Origin: Nitrosopumilus sp.
GTDB taxonomy: Archaea; Thermoproteota; Nitrososphaeria; Nitrososphaerales; Nitrosopumilaceae
Direction: 5' to 3'
Length of the DNA: 64,000 nt
Assembly (NCBI GenBank): GCA_965206745.1
Contig: OZ242220.1
Coordinates: forward strand, 1,344,001 to 1,408,000
Every line of letters begins with the position of its first letter. Position 1 is the stretch's first letter. The position numbers were made by a program, and so were the translations under genes. Below, in pieces: positions 38,581 to 47,638 of the stretch. The notes below the pieces were generated by a model. The model saw nothing but the letters and a program-made list of their open reading frames with translations. It was not told where the DNA came from and did not search any database.

Positions 38581-39281
38581 CTAAAGCTTACAGAGCCAAA
38601 ACCCTCACGGTTTGTCCGATTTGAGGCCATGTTGTAATCGTAAATGGTTTTAGAATAGTCCTGGAATTCGCCTTTCATAGGATCCAAACTCTCTGCAAGG
38701 TAAAACCCAGGACAGTCCCCAGTGAATTGATACGTTGCATGGACTCTGGCCTTGCCTTTCTCATTCTCTAGCCAGCTTGAAAACGGATACAGGTAACACA
38801 CCCCGGGCCTGTCAGGATGCATGCTGCATCCCCCCTTCTCATCTAGAAACCTGCAAGAGATATGGGTGCCATCATCATCCTCAGTTTCATCTGCCTTTCT
38901 TTTTAGATTAATCGTAGTCATTGTCGTTAGCTGTCCGGAGGGACCAGGTTCCTGATAGGTAACTGCAAGTGTCTCATTTTTGATAAAATCCGAAGATTTT
39001 TTGTATTTCAAACCTTTGCCAATTACAATTAGATCATCAGAAGTCAGGGGCAATCTGCCTTGTCTGTCACAACAGTTATGGCAGTCAGGCCAATAGCATT
39101 TCCACAAAATATATTTTTTTTCAGAGTTCAAATATGGAACATGGAAAACCACATCCTTGACTTTGATCAGGTGATCAGAGACGTCTGTAACTTTGCCTAA
39201 CATGAACTTTCTAAGGATCGGATCAACGTCCCAGTCTTTTTCCAACAAATCAAGGGACTCTTCAATCTGGTTTTGAGACAA
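38577..39281 (-). CDS. YkgJ family cysteine-cluster (CxxCC) protein
   Basis: C...CHNCC, CRFLD...CSMHPDRP..C..YPF, CPG. Confidence 0.85.
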   Translation of the reverse strand: MSQNQIEESLDLLEKDWDVDPILRKFMLGKVTDVSDHLIKVKDVVFHVPYLNSEKKYILWKCYWPDCHNCCDRQGRLPLTSDDLIVIGKGLKYKKSSDFIKNETLAVTYQEPGPSGQLTTMTTINLKRKADETEDDDGTHISCRFLDEKGGCSMHPDRPGVCYLYPFSSWLENEKGKARVHATYQFTGDCPGFYLAESLDPMKGEFQDYSKTIYDYNMASNRTNREGFGSVSFS

Positions 39282-39313
39282 TCAAGTTATAACATCTTTT
39301 GCAGATGTTATTA

Positions 39314-39634
39314 ATGTTGAGTGAAAAAGGAAAATATGCCTTAGCTACTGAAAACAGGAGGTTTGTCTGGTCTGAGATCGTCTGGCCTCTAATTTTGGAG
39401 ATCAACGACGTGGCATTTTCTTTGAAACGATTTCAAGAAAAACGTGAAAAAGTCTGTGATGAAAAAAACGTTTCAATCAACATCCCATCAAGGGGGCTAG
39501 TATCGCTGATGCAGAAGGGAATCATCATAAAAGAGGGAAAGGTCTATTCAATTCATTTCAGATTGATCCCATACATGCGACTAAAGGCAGCGTGTGATTA
39601 TGCAACTGCAATTCGCGAAGTCAGACTAAAATGA
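39314..39634 (+). CDS. conserved hypothetical protein (possible winged helix)
   Basis: SRGLVSLMQKGIIIKEGKVYSI pattern; start uncertain (39299-39317). Confidence 0.7.
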   Translation: MLSEKGKYALATENRRFVWSEIVWPLILEINDVAFSLKRFQEKREKVCDEKNVSINIPSRGLVSLMQKGIIIKEGKVYSIHFRLIPYMRLKAACDYATAIREVRLK

Positions 39635-39679
39635 TTACAACAAATGAATATATTCTAAAACATTAAAATCTCTTCAAGT

Positions 39680-39767
39680 AGCCCGATAGTCTAGTGGTCA
39701 AGGATTCTGCCCTCTGGATCTCAAGAGTGGATAGGCGGAGACGGCAGTTCGAATCTGCCTCGGGCTA
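39680..39767 (+). tRNA. tRNA-Gln(CTG) with about 15-nt intron in the anticodon loop
   Basis: AGCCCGA..GTCTAGTGGTCAAGGAT-T-CTGCC-CT-CTG-G[ATCTCAAGAGTGGAT]A-GGCGG-AGAC-GGCAGTTCGAATCTGCC-TCGGGCT-A; A1-U72 pair typical of archaeal tRNA-Gln. Confidence 0.93.
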
Positions 39768-39796
39768 CTGGTAAAATATCAACAATTTTGCGAGTC

Positions 39797-40396
39797 TTAT
39801 CTTGATGCTTGTGCGATGCGTTCCAACTCATTCTTTTTCTTTACGGAAGGAGCATTAGGATCATTGGATGCTGCAAGCATGAGCTGCTCAGCCATGTGTT
39901 CCTCAATGGGTTTTGGATTTGAAAAGGTTGCTTCTTTTACAGCATCTGCAATAAACTTTAATGCCAAATCAACTCGCCTGATTGGAGCGACATCGACTGA
40001 TACGTGGTACGTGGTGCCACCATAAACAATTCTAGTCGTATCCTCAGTTGGAGCAGAGAACTCTATTGCTCTGACCAGAACTTCAACAGGGTTTTGTCCG
40101 GTTTTCAATGCAACTATATCAAAAGCAGTTTTTACGGTATTGAGAAGCTTGGTTTTCTTGCCAGTCATTCTACCAGTGTTCTTTGCATACTTTTTTCCAA
40201 AATGCATCGACTTGTTGATTAGTCTCTCAACAATGTTAACTTCGGCTTTATTAAATCGCTTCAGTGCTGAACGGCCATAGGTGTAAGGAAGAATCTGTTT
40301 TCTCAGAGAGATGGCAGTTTTTAATCCCGGATCTCTAACTTCAATATCAGACAAGTCCCACTTTCTAAACAATAGTAAATTCTTAGTTTCTGCCAT
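39797..40396 (-). CDS. rps7: 30S ribosomal protein uS7
   Basis: IVERLIN, SAPTED, VDVAPIRRVDLAL, ELERIAQASR. Confidence 0.97.
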   Translation of the reverse strand: MAETKNLLLFRKWDLSDIEVRDPGLKTAISLRKQILPYTYGRSALKRFNKAEVNIVERLINKSMHFGKKYAKNTGRMTGKKTKLLNTVKTAFDIVALKTGQNPVEVLVRAIEFSAPTEDTTRIVYGGTTYHVSVDVAPIRRVDLALKFIADAVKEATFSNPKPIEEHMAEQLMLAASNDPNAPSVKKKNELERIAQASR

Positions 40397-40398
40397 GC

Positions 40399-40836
40399 CT
40401 ATCTCCTCGGCTTCTCCTTCTTGCCAATTACCAGCTCATGCAGTGCAGTGCCGTTAACTTTGAAAACTTTGAATCGGACACCAGGAATATCCCCCATTGC
40501 GCCGCCCTGTGTTGCACCCATACCCTGAATGTGGACTTCGTCGTGTTCATCAATGAAGTTCATCGCGCCATCCCTTGGCAAGAATGCAGTTACGGTTTTT
40601 CCATTTTTAATCAATTGCACTCTAACACATTTTCTAATGGCAGAGTTTGGTTGTTTTGCAGCAATACCCACCTTTTCTAGAACAATACCGCGTCCCTGTG
40701 GTGCGCCTCCGAGCGGATCAGATTTTTTATCAATGCCTAATTTTCTTCTTTTGTAAGTTGAGATTGCCCATCTCTGCTTTTTCTTTTTAATCGTAAGAAC
40801 CCTGCCAGCAAACAGTCCAAGAGGTGATTTTCTCAT
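40399..40836 (-). CDS. rps12: 30S ribosomal protein uS12
   Basis: [25 protein letters not shown]. Confidence 0.98.
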   Translation of the reverse strand: MRKSPLGLFAGRVLTIKKKKQRWAISTYKRRKLGIDKKSDPLGGAPQGRGIVLEKVGIAAKQPNSAIRKCVRVQLIKNGKTVTAFLPRDGAMNFIDEHDEVHIQGMGATQGGAMGDIPGVRFKVFKVNGTALHELVIGKKEKPRR

Positions 40837-40839
40837 ATC

Positions 40840-41304
40840 CTACATCTCCAGGGTTGCCCGTTCAGGACTATTAATCAGTACGCTGCTAATATCAAAATAT
40901 CGTTTTGCAAGAAGCCTTGCCTTTTCTGCATTTCTGCCTTCCCTTCCCACTACAATTCCTTTCTTTCTTGGGTCTACCATCACTATTGCCTGCTTTGACC
41001 CATCGGCTCGTTTATTTATTTTTACTTCTGAAATTAATTTAGGATTAAGCAGATTAGACAGGAATTTTGCAGGATCCTCATCGAATTCTACCAACTCGAC
41101 ATTTCTCTTGACGATATTCTGCAATGATTTGATATGAATGCCACCTTTGCCAATTGCAAGCCCCATTTTGCCAGTATTGACTACAAAAATTACCCTGTCC
41201 TGTTTCTCATCATCGACACAATCGCGTGCTGTTGCACCAGTGACGCTTTGGAAGAGAGACATCATTCGCATTTGATCAGTTGAGAGCTTGATTGATTGTG
41301 CCAT
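40840..41304 (-). CDS. nusA: archaeal NusA (two KH domains)
   Basis: GLAIGKGG, VVGREGRN; between rpl30e and rps12. Confidence 0.94.
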   Translation of the reverse strand: MAQSIKLSTDQMRMMSLFQSVTGATARDCVDDEKQDRVIFVVNTGKMGLAIGKGGIHIKSLQNIVKRNVELVEFDEDPAKFLSNLLNPKLISEVKINKRADGSKQAIVMVDPRKKGIVVGREGRNAEKARLLAKRYFDISSVLINSPERATLEM

Positions 41305-41367
41305 TAGAATTCCTTTTTATCTCCAAACAAAAATGTCTCATTTAAACTTACATTATAGAGACTGTAG

Positions 41368-41691
41368 TTAATCATTTTTTTCCTCAGCTTCTGTATCTTT
41401 TAAAATTGATTTGATGCTAGCATCATCGATTGAAGTAAATGAAATCGTCGAAATTCTAAATTGTAAGCCACATAGTCTACCTAATGCGACTGATGTTCCT
41501 TGAAAGTTTACTAGGGGTATTTTTTCTTTTTTTGCATCTGATTCAATTCGCTCAAGCATTTCTTTTTTAATGGATTGAGACAATACAATTAGCTTGGAAT
41601 TTTTTAACGAGTTTAGAACTTGCTTGGTGCCCATTGTCAACTTGTCTTCCTTGCGGGCATCTCGTAGTGATTTTTCAAGTATCTTACTCAT
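41368..41691 (-). CDS. rpl30e: ribosomal protein eL30 (L7Ae/L30e family)
   Basis: MGTKQV, GTSVALGRLCG; upstream of nusA. Confidence 0.9.
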   Translation of the reverse strand: MSKILEKSLRDARKEDKLTMGTKQVLNSLKNSKLIVLSQSIKKEMLERIESDAKKEKIPLVNFQGTSVALGRLCGLQFRISTISFTSIDDASIKSILKDTEAEEKND

Positions 41692-41752
41692 GTGTTTTCC
41701 TTATGACGATCGTCTTGACAGGGCTTTATAGGTTTATTGAAAAATTAAGCGC

Positions 41753-41930
41753 ATGGCATAGGGGAATCAGTTTAGAGGACCAAAAAGACAACCAACAAAG
41801 TACATTCCAGTTATGCCTACATGTGGAGAGGCCGGAACCACACTAGTTTAGCAGGCTGGTAAAAGTGCAACTTGACAGTGTACCCAATGCATATCCTAAA
41901 ACGCCGGTAAAAGCGCAAATTTCTGTTTAA
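41753..41930 (+). pseudogene. small Zn-ribbon-like protein pseudogene with in-frame stops
   Basis: MA*GNQFRGPKRQPTKYIPVMPTCGEAGTTLV*QAGKSAT*QCTQCIS*; TTTATA about 23 bp upstream. Confidence 0.6.
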
Positions 41931-41950
41931 TAGTCACAAAGTTATTCCTT

Positions 41951-43129
41951 TCACGGGATAGTAACCAAAGTAGACATTGTCGTGGATAGAACAGTCGGAT
42001 CATCAACTGAGCTCCAAACAAAAGTTTCAATTTCATAGGTGCCAGATTTTTCTGGGACCCACAATTGAGAGAGATCTAAACTTTGTTTAGGAGAGATTTC
42101 TCCTTGAACCCATGAGAGTGATTCAACGACATTCTCATCATTTTTCACCTGTAACATATAGACGAATTTCTGTGCAAAATCATGATCGTTTGAAATGATT
42201 CCAACTATGTGTATTTGAGAGTTTTGTGAAAAGGATTCTAAAGCATTGCCAAGCCCGTCTGAAAAAGTGATTGGAAGGCTTTCAATTCGTTGAATTGGAG
42301 GAATGGACGAATCAGCAGAAGCACTAGTTTGAATTGCCAAACTATCTGATACAGAATAGGGTTGTGGCAGGGTGTAATCGTCATATTTGGCAAAAAGTTC
42401 ATCACCGGGAAGAGAGTAAAGTCTATTCCCACTTGAGTGGGAATTCTGAGATAGTGAAACAGTTGCGATAAAAGAACCTGAACCCGCAGATGTCTCCACA
42501 GCATTGACTTGAATTCCTGCGACATCAGAGTCAGAAAATAGTTGGACGGGGAGATTATCTATGGATTCAGGATTTAGATTCATGTCAGCATCAACTATGC
42601 GGACCATCACAGAATCTTCCAAAAAGAGAACATCCTCAATGAAATTAACCGTTCCAACATTCCAGCTTACTGGAACCGATTCAACTAGGACGACCCCATC
42701 TGCAAACTCAAAGGATATAGTTATTGCAGAATCCCTATCAACTTCCAAGAACCCACTAGTAGGACCATTCCCAAGGGTTCTAGGAGTGGTGTCAAAATCA
42801 CCATCCCCATCAGCATCATGGCTAAAACCCGTCAGGGTCACCTCAGCAGTAAAGATTCCAGAGTTTGCATCAGTTTCAGTAAACCGATAAGGCTCAAGAG
42901 AGTTTTTAGATGTAGAAATTTTGATGGAGTGATCATCAGTGCCACCAATTGAATCAATCAAATGCCTATTGGAATTCCAGCTAGGAGCGACAACAGTGAT
43001 TGTCATCTTGTCAGTCCACGAATAAACTGGCTTGTCTGTAAAAATTGGAGAGTAGGGATTGTCATAGTCAGGCGGAGATTCTCCAAACGCCGGAAGCAGA
43101 ATCAAAGATAGCAACAGAGGATAAAGCAT
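41951..43129 (-). CDS. secreted acidic surface protein with ETxxxSGxF repeats (S-layer-related)
   Basis: Signal peptide; ETDANSGIF and ETSAGSGSF; C-terminal Ig-like VESLSW...GTYEIETFVW. Confidence 0.8.
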   Translation of the reverse strand: MLYPLLLSLILLPAFGESPPDYDNPYSPIFTDKPVYSWTDKMTITVVAPSWNSNRHLIDSIGGTDDHSIKISTSKNSLEPYRFTETDANSGIFTAEVTLTGFSHDADGDGDFDTTPRTLGNGPTSGFLEVDRDSAITISFEFADGVVLVESVPVSWNVGTVNFIEDVLFLEDSVMVRIVDADMNLNPESIDNLPVQLFSDSDVAGIQVNAVETSAGSGSFIATVSLSQNSHSSGNRLYSLPGDELFAKYDDYTLPQPYSVSDSLAIQTSASADSSIPPIQRIESLPITFSDGLGNALESFSQNSQIHIVGIISNDHDFAQKFVYMLQVKNDENVVESLSWVQGEISPKQSLDLSQLWVPEKSGTYEIETFVWSSVDDPTVLSTTMSTLVTIP

Positions 43130-43173
43130 GTTGAAGATCAGGGATTCAATGAATTTATTGTTTGATGAGCAGA

Positions 43174-43404
43174 CTAGGGGTTGTCTTCAGGCATTGAAAC
43201 CAACAGGATGTTGTCTCCACGAAGCAATATTTTTCCAAGTTTCTCATGTTTTTCTTCAGAAACGTCCTCAGCATCATCCAATGTCAGATTCATGTGAATG
43301 TCAAAATCTTTGAGAATGCCTTGAATAACTTGGGTATTTCTCAATCGAAGTAGCACAACTTTGTCTTTATTGTTATTCATTAATGTAGAAATTTCATCTG
43401 CCAT
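43174..43404 (-). CDS. Sm-like (LSm/SmAP) RNA-binding protein
   Basis: GILKDFDIHMNLTL (Sm1), LLRGDNI (Sm2); GGTGA SD upstream of ATG 43404. Confidence 0.95.
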   Translation of the reverse strand: MADEISTLMNNNKDKVVLLRLRNTQVIQGILKDFDIHMNLTLDDAEDVSEEKHEKLGKILLRGDNILLVSMPEDNP

Positions 43405-43846
43405 AATTATCACCTAACTATACTCCCATTTGCCCTTGCTTGTATGTGTAACGCGACAGTTTTCACATACTTGTTGGATGATAAAGGTAAAAGGAGCAAT
43501 TTTTCTACAACTCCAAGCTGATTTGGCCATATTTAGCCATTTTCAAATGGTTCTCCTCATGTCTTGTACGTAAAGTAGCATTGTTTTTCATAGGCAACCT
43601 CCCCCGAGAACAGATATTCAGCATTCTGGAGGAGGAGAAATATCAGAAAGCAGGGATGCCATAAAGAATGAGCTTGACATGTAATAAGAAAACACTCGTC
43701 TTTCTTTGTCATGGTTGTATTTTCAAGCAGGATAGTTACAGATGCCAACGCTCTGTAATGTGACAAGCGCATCAGAATAGTATTTCCACATTCTTTGGAA
43801 TTTTCCTCAAACGAGAATAGATGAGTGCACGGAACTAGCGTACGAG

Positions 43847-46800
43847 TCACTTCTTTTTGGAGACTTGCATGTACAGGTCAACAGTACCGCTTCCGATTGG
43901 AATGTTACTGCCGACAATTACATTTTCAGTAATGCCTTTGAGTTGTTCAACTTCGCCACCTAGTGCAGCATGTGCAATTGTAGGAACTGTAATTTCAAAT
44001 GCCGCCCTTGCAAGAACACTGTCTTTAGTACCCGCAATCCCGTGTCTGCCAATTTGCTGCATGTATCCCCGGGAACACATCAAATCAGATACAAGCATGA
44101 TGTATCTGTTATCGACTTCCAATCCCTGGTCGCCCAAAGTGTGATTGAGTTCATTAATCAGTGAGTTTCTTGCAGCCTCAATTCCCAAGGTACCTGCAAT
44201 CTCAAAGACGTTGTTGGTCCTGACATTCTTTTTGTCAATGCCCTTTACCTCGAGTACTTTGGCAATATTAGAGCCTGTTGTTTGGATAACCCATTCGTCA
44301 TCCTTTTGAACTAGGGTGACCCGTTCAACATCTGGAACCCCTTTAACAGTAGTGTTGAGAACTTTGTTTCTAATTGCAATCACAGTTGCAGTATCAGCCT
44401 CATCTACCAAATTCAAGGTGATTAATTCGCCTGTAACTTCCATTTTGAATTTCTTATTTGATGAGAGTGCAGATTCCACTTCGGCAATAGAACAGCCTCT
44501 TTCATTGAGCCTGTTATTACTTATAATCAATTTGATGTTCGTGGAATAGTCTGTTTCAGTATCTGCAATCAATGCGCTAACCTTGGTCTGCAACACATTT
44601 CGTGCAACTTGAATCGCTTTTTCCCGAGATTTCTTTGATTCCTCGTCAAGATAGATATCCATAGTTGGAGTGACAGGTTTCTTTCTAGCATCAACTAGCT
44701 CAATCAACCTTGGAAGACCCAATGTTACGTTCCTTTCTTTAATTCCTGCAAAGTGAAAAGTTCTCAAGGTCATCTGGGTTCCGGGTTCGCCGATGGATTG
44801 TGCCGTGACAATTCCCACGGCTTGACCGGGTTCCACTTGGGCCTTGTTGTAAAGTGAGAGTCCCTTCTTACATACTGCCTCAACACCGTCTTTACTCAGA
44901 TTGGATTTATGTAAGGCATCAATTACAAGACGGGTCAATCTCGGATTAAATGTCTTGGTGTACTTTTTAGTCAATGTGTCAATCTCATCCTTGGTTGCCT
45001 TTTTTCCAGAGTCGATAATGGTTTGTGATTCGGCCAGTCTGCTAGCATTGAATGCCTCACCATGATCACTTTTTTGCACATCAATGCCGTCTTCGCCGTA
45101 TAGGAACTGAACGATATGGCCGTGTGGGTCTCTTACAGTTCCATCATACTCCAATCTAATGTGCTCTAATGCGTTAATCAGTCTGCGCTGCATGTAACCG
45201 CTCTGTTGTGTCCTAACTGCAGTATCTACCAGCCCTTCACGTCCACCCATTGCGTGGAAAAAGAACTCCAAGGCAGTAAGACCGGTTCTGTAATTTGACT
45301 TTACAAATCCGTGTGCGTCTGGATTGCTATCATGCTCTTTGTAATGTGTCAATGCACGATTGCTGTAACCATAACTCATTCTATTTCCCCTTCTTGATTG
45401 CTGACCCAAGGCACCGGCCATCTGACCTACGTTAAGTGCCGAACCTCTAGCTCCAGTTGTAGCCATGATTTTACCGGCATTGCCGTCATCAAGGGAATCA
45501 TTTGCAGTAGCTCCTGCCTTCTCCCTTGCCTTACCTAATTCATTAACAATATAGGCCTCCAAGGCCTCCTCAGCCTTCATGCCCCTTGTGAGTTTGAGGG
45601 TTCCTTTTTCATATTGATGGGTCAGATCAGATACGACATCATAAGTTCCCTGAATGTCATCTAGGATTTGCTGCACGTTCTTTTCTGGAACTTCAAGATC
45701 ACCATAGCCATAACTGAAGCCATAATGGGTGATGAACTGTTTTACCATGATAAGAATAGAGTTTAAGAAAGTCTTGCCAGCTGCGTTTCCATAGTCTTTT
45801 GTAATTCTGTGCAAAACACTTTCTGGCTCCTCAGCGCCGATTGACGTCTTGTCAATAACGCCACTGATTAGCTCACCGTTTTTGATTACAACATCTTTTT
45901 CTGGACCTTTTGTTCCCTTTGACCATTTTGATGTAAGGACATAGTTGAAGTCTTTTGGAAGGAATAATGAGAACAGCTGTTTTCCAGTATATGCAGGACC
46001 GTTTTTTGTTTTGGTTCCCGGTTTTGGAAGTGCGCCAGCATATCCGCCAAGCATTGCATAGTTTGAAAATTCTTGAATAGACAGAATGGTATCATCCTTG
46101 GTCAGCAGGTAAGCGCCAGTTACAAAGTCTCTGAGCGCCCCAATAATCGGACCTCCATATCTTGGGGAGATCAGCTGGTCTTGAACCCTCATCAAAAGAA
46201 TTGCTTCGGCTCTTGCCTCCTCACTTTGAGGAACGTGAAGGTTCATCTCATCACCATCAAAGTCTGCGTTGTATGGTGGACAGACAGAAGGATGCAGTCT
46301 GAAAGTTTTGCCAGGAAGCACCCTCACATAGTGGGCCATGATGGACATTTGGTGAAGTGATGGCTGTCTGTTGAACATGACAATATCGCCATCTGCAAGG
46401 TGTCTTTCGATCAGATATCCGATCTCTAGTGTTTCGGCAATTGTAGAACGGTCTTCTACGAAATCCAGTCTGATTTTTACACCGTCTGGTCGAACAATAT
46501 AGTTTACACCTGGGAATTTCTCAGGGCCGTTGATCACCAATTTTCTCATCCTCTCAATGTTCCATTCAGTAACAATTTCAGGAATGGTTAGTTTCATTGC
46601 AACTTGTTCTGGAACTCCAACTTCGGACAAATCCAAATTGGGATCAGGCGAGATTACAGTTCTGCTTGAAAAGTCAACCCTCTTTCCAGATAATGAGCCT
46701 CTGAACCTGCCTTCTTTTCCTTTTAGCCTCTGGGTCAAAGTTTTGAGTGGACGTCCAGAGCGATGGTGTGCTTGCGGGATTCCAGATACTTCGTTGTCAA

Positions 46801-47638
46801 AGTATGTTGTAGAGTGATACTGGAGCAAGTCAACTAAATCCTGAACAATTAATGGGGGGGTTCCTGCCTCCTTACTCTCCTTTAGCCTTTGATTGACTCT
46901 GATGATATCCACCATTTTGTGCGTCAAGTCATCTTCAGATCTAATCCCGGTTTCAAGAATGATCGAAGGTCTGACAGTCACAGGCGGAACAGGCAAGGCC
47001 TGCAGAATAAACCATTCTGGCCTTGCAGTGATTGGATCATAAGATAGCAGTTCCAGATCACCATCAAGAATTTGTGTGAATCTCTCCCTAATCGTAATTG
47101 GCAACAGTCTGTGCTCACCGATTTCGGTCTTTTCTACAAAGATGGTTGGTTTTGTAAAGACTAGCTCATATTGCGTTTTTCCACAATGAGGACATTCTTT
47201 AGCTTTTTTGGCCTTTTCAATGATTTGTTCCGGAATACGCTTTTGTGAAATTACGGTATAGGCAGCATGCTTGTCTTTAATTTTTTTGAATGCCAGTAGA
47301 TCTTCTTGCGGTACCTTGAGTCTTGCACATGAACGGCATGTTGATTGCAATAATTTGTAAATGTTATCAATAAATGCAATGTGTAAAATCGGTTCTGCAA
47401 GTTCGATGTGTCCAAAGTGTCCCGGACACCTTGCAGCAGTGTTTCCACAAGTGAGACATTTTTGTCCAGGCTCAAGGGTTCCCAATCTTCCATCCATAAG
47501 ACCCCCCTGTACAGGCATTCCGTCCTCATCATATGTCTCAGGGGCGGTAATCTCGGCTACAGAATATTTTCTGATTTCAGTTGGAGACCAGACTGAGAAT
47601 CGAATCCCATCAATTGCCTTAATTGCCTGAATGGACAT
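43847..47638 (-). CDS. rpoA: DNA-directed RNA polymerase subunit Rpo1 (A' and A'' fused)
   Basis: CPGHFGHIEL, NADFDGDEMN, GEPGTQMTLRTFH, ARAAFE in one 1263-aa ORF. Confidence 0.99.
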   Translation of the reverse strand: MSIQAIKAIDGIRFSVWSPTEIRKYSVAEITAPETYDEDGMPVQGGLMDGRLGTLEPGQKCLTCGNTAARCPGHFGHIELAEPILHIAFIDNIYKLLQSTCRSCARLKVPQEDLLAFKKIKDKHAAYTVISQKRIPEQIIEKAKKAKECPHCGKTQYELVFTKPTIFVEKTEIGEHRLLPITIRERFTQILDGDLELLSYDPITARPEWFILQALPVPPVTVRPSIILETGIRSEDDLTHKMVDIIRVNQRLKESKEAGTPPLIVQDLVDLLQYHSTTYFDNEVSGIPQAHHRSGRPLKTLTQRLKGKEGRFRGSLSGKRVDFSSRTVISPDPNLDLSEVGVPEQVAMKLTIPEIVTEWNIERMRKLVINGPEKFPGVNYIVRPDGVKIRLDFVEDRSTIAETLEIGYLIERHLADGDIVMFNRQPSLHQMSIMAHYVRVLPGKTFRLHPSVCPPYNADFDGDEMNLHVPQSEEARAEAILLMRVQDQLISPRYGGPIIGALRDFVTGAYLLTKDDTILSIQEFSNYAMLGGYAGALPKPGTKTKNGPAYTGKQLFSLFLPKDFNYVLTSKWSKGTKGPEKDVVIKNGELISGVIDKTSIGAEEPESVLHRITKDYGNAAGKTFLNSILIMVKQFITHYGFSYGYGDLEVPEKNVQQILDDIQGTYDVVSDLTHQYEKGTLKLTRGMKAEEALEAYIVNELGKAREKAGATANDSLDDGNAGKIMATTGARGSALNVGQMAGALGQQSRRGNRMSYGYSNRALTHYKEHDSNPDAHGFVKSNYRTGLTALEFFFHAMGGREGLVDTAVRTQQSGYMQRRLINALEHIRLEYDGTVRDPHGHIVQFLYGEDGIDVQKSDHGEAFNASRLAESQTIIDSGKKATKDEIDTLTKKYTKTFNPRLTRLVIDALHKSNLSKDGVEAVCKKGLSLYNKAQVEPGQAVGIVTAQSIGEPGTQMTLRTFHFAGIKERNVTLGLPRLIELVDARKKPVTPTMDIYLDEESKKSREKAIQVARNVLQTKVSALIADTETDYSTNIKLIISNNRLNERGCSIAEVESALSSNKKFKMEVTGELITLNLVDEADTATVIAIRNKVLNTTVKGVPDVERVTLVQKDDEWVIQTTGSNIAKVLEVKGIDKKNVRTNNVFEIAGTLGIEAARNSLINELNHTLGDQGLEVDNRYIMLVSDLMCSRGYMQQIGRHGIAGTKDSVLARAAFEITVPTIAHAALGGEVEQLKGITENVIVGSNIPIGSGTVDLYMQVSKKK

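Noticed and set aside
41753-41900. Stop-codon reassignment or Pyl/Sec recoding
   Set aside because: TAG and TGA terminate many conserved genes in this window; both stop types occur in one tiny frame; pseudogenisation is simpler.
43847-47638. Fused RpoA'/A'' as a novelty
   Set aside because: Known hallmark of Thaumarchaeota; used only as taxonomic evidence.
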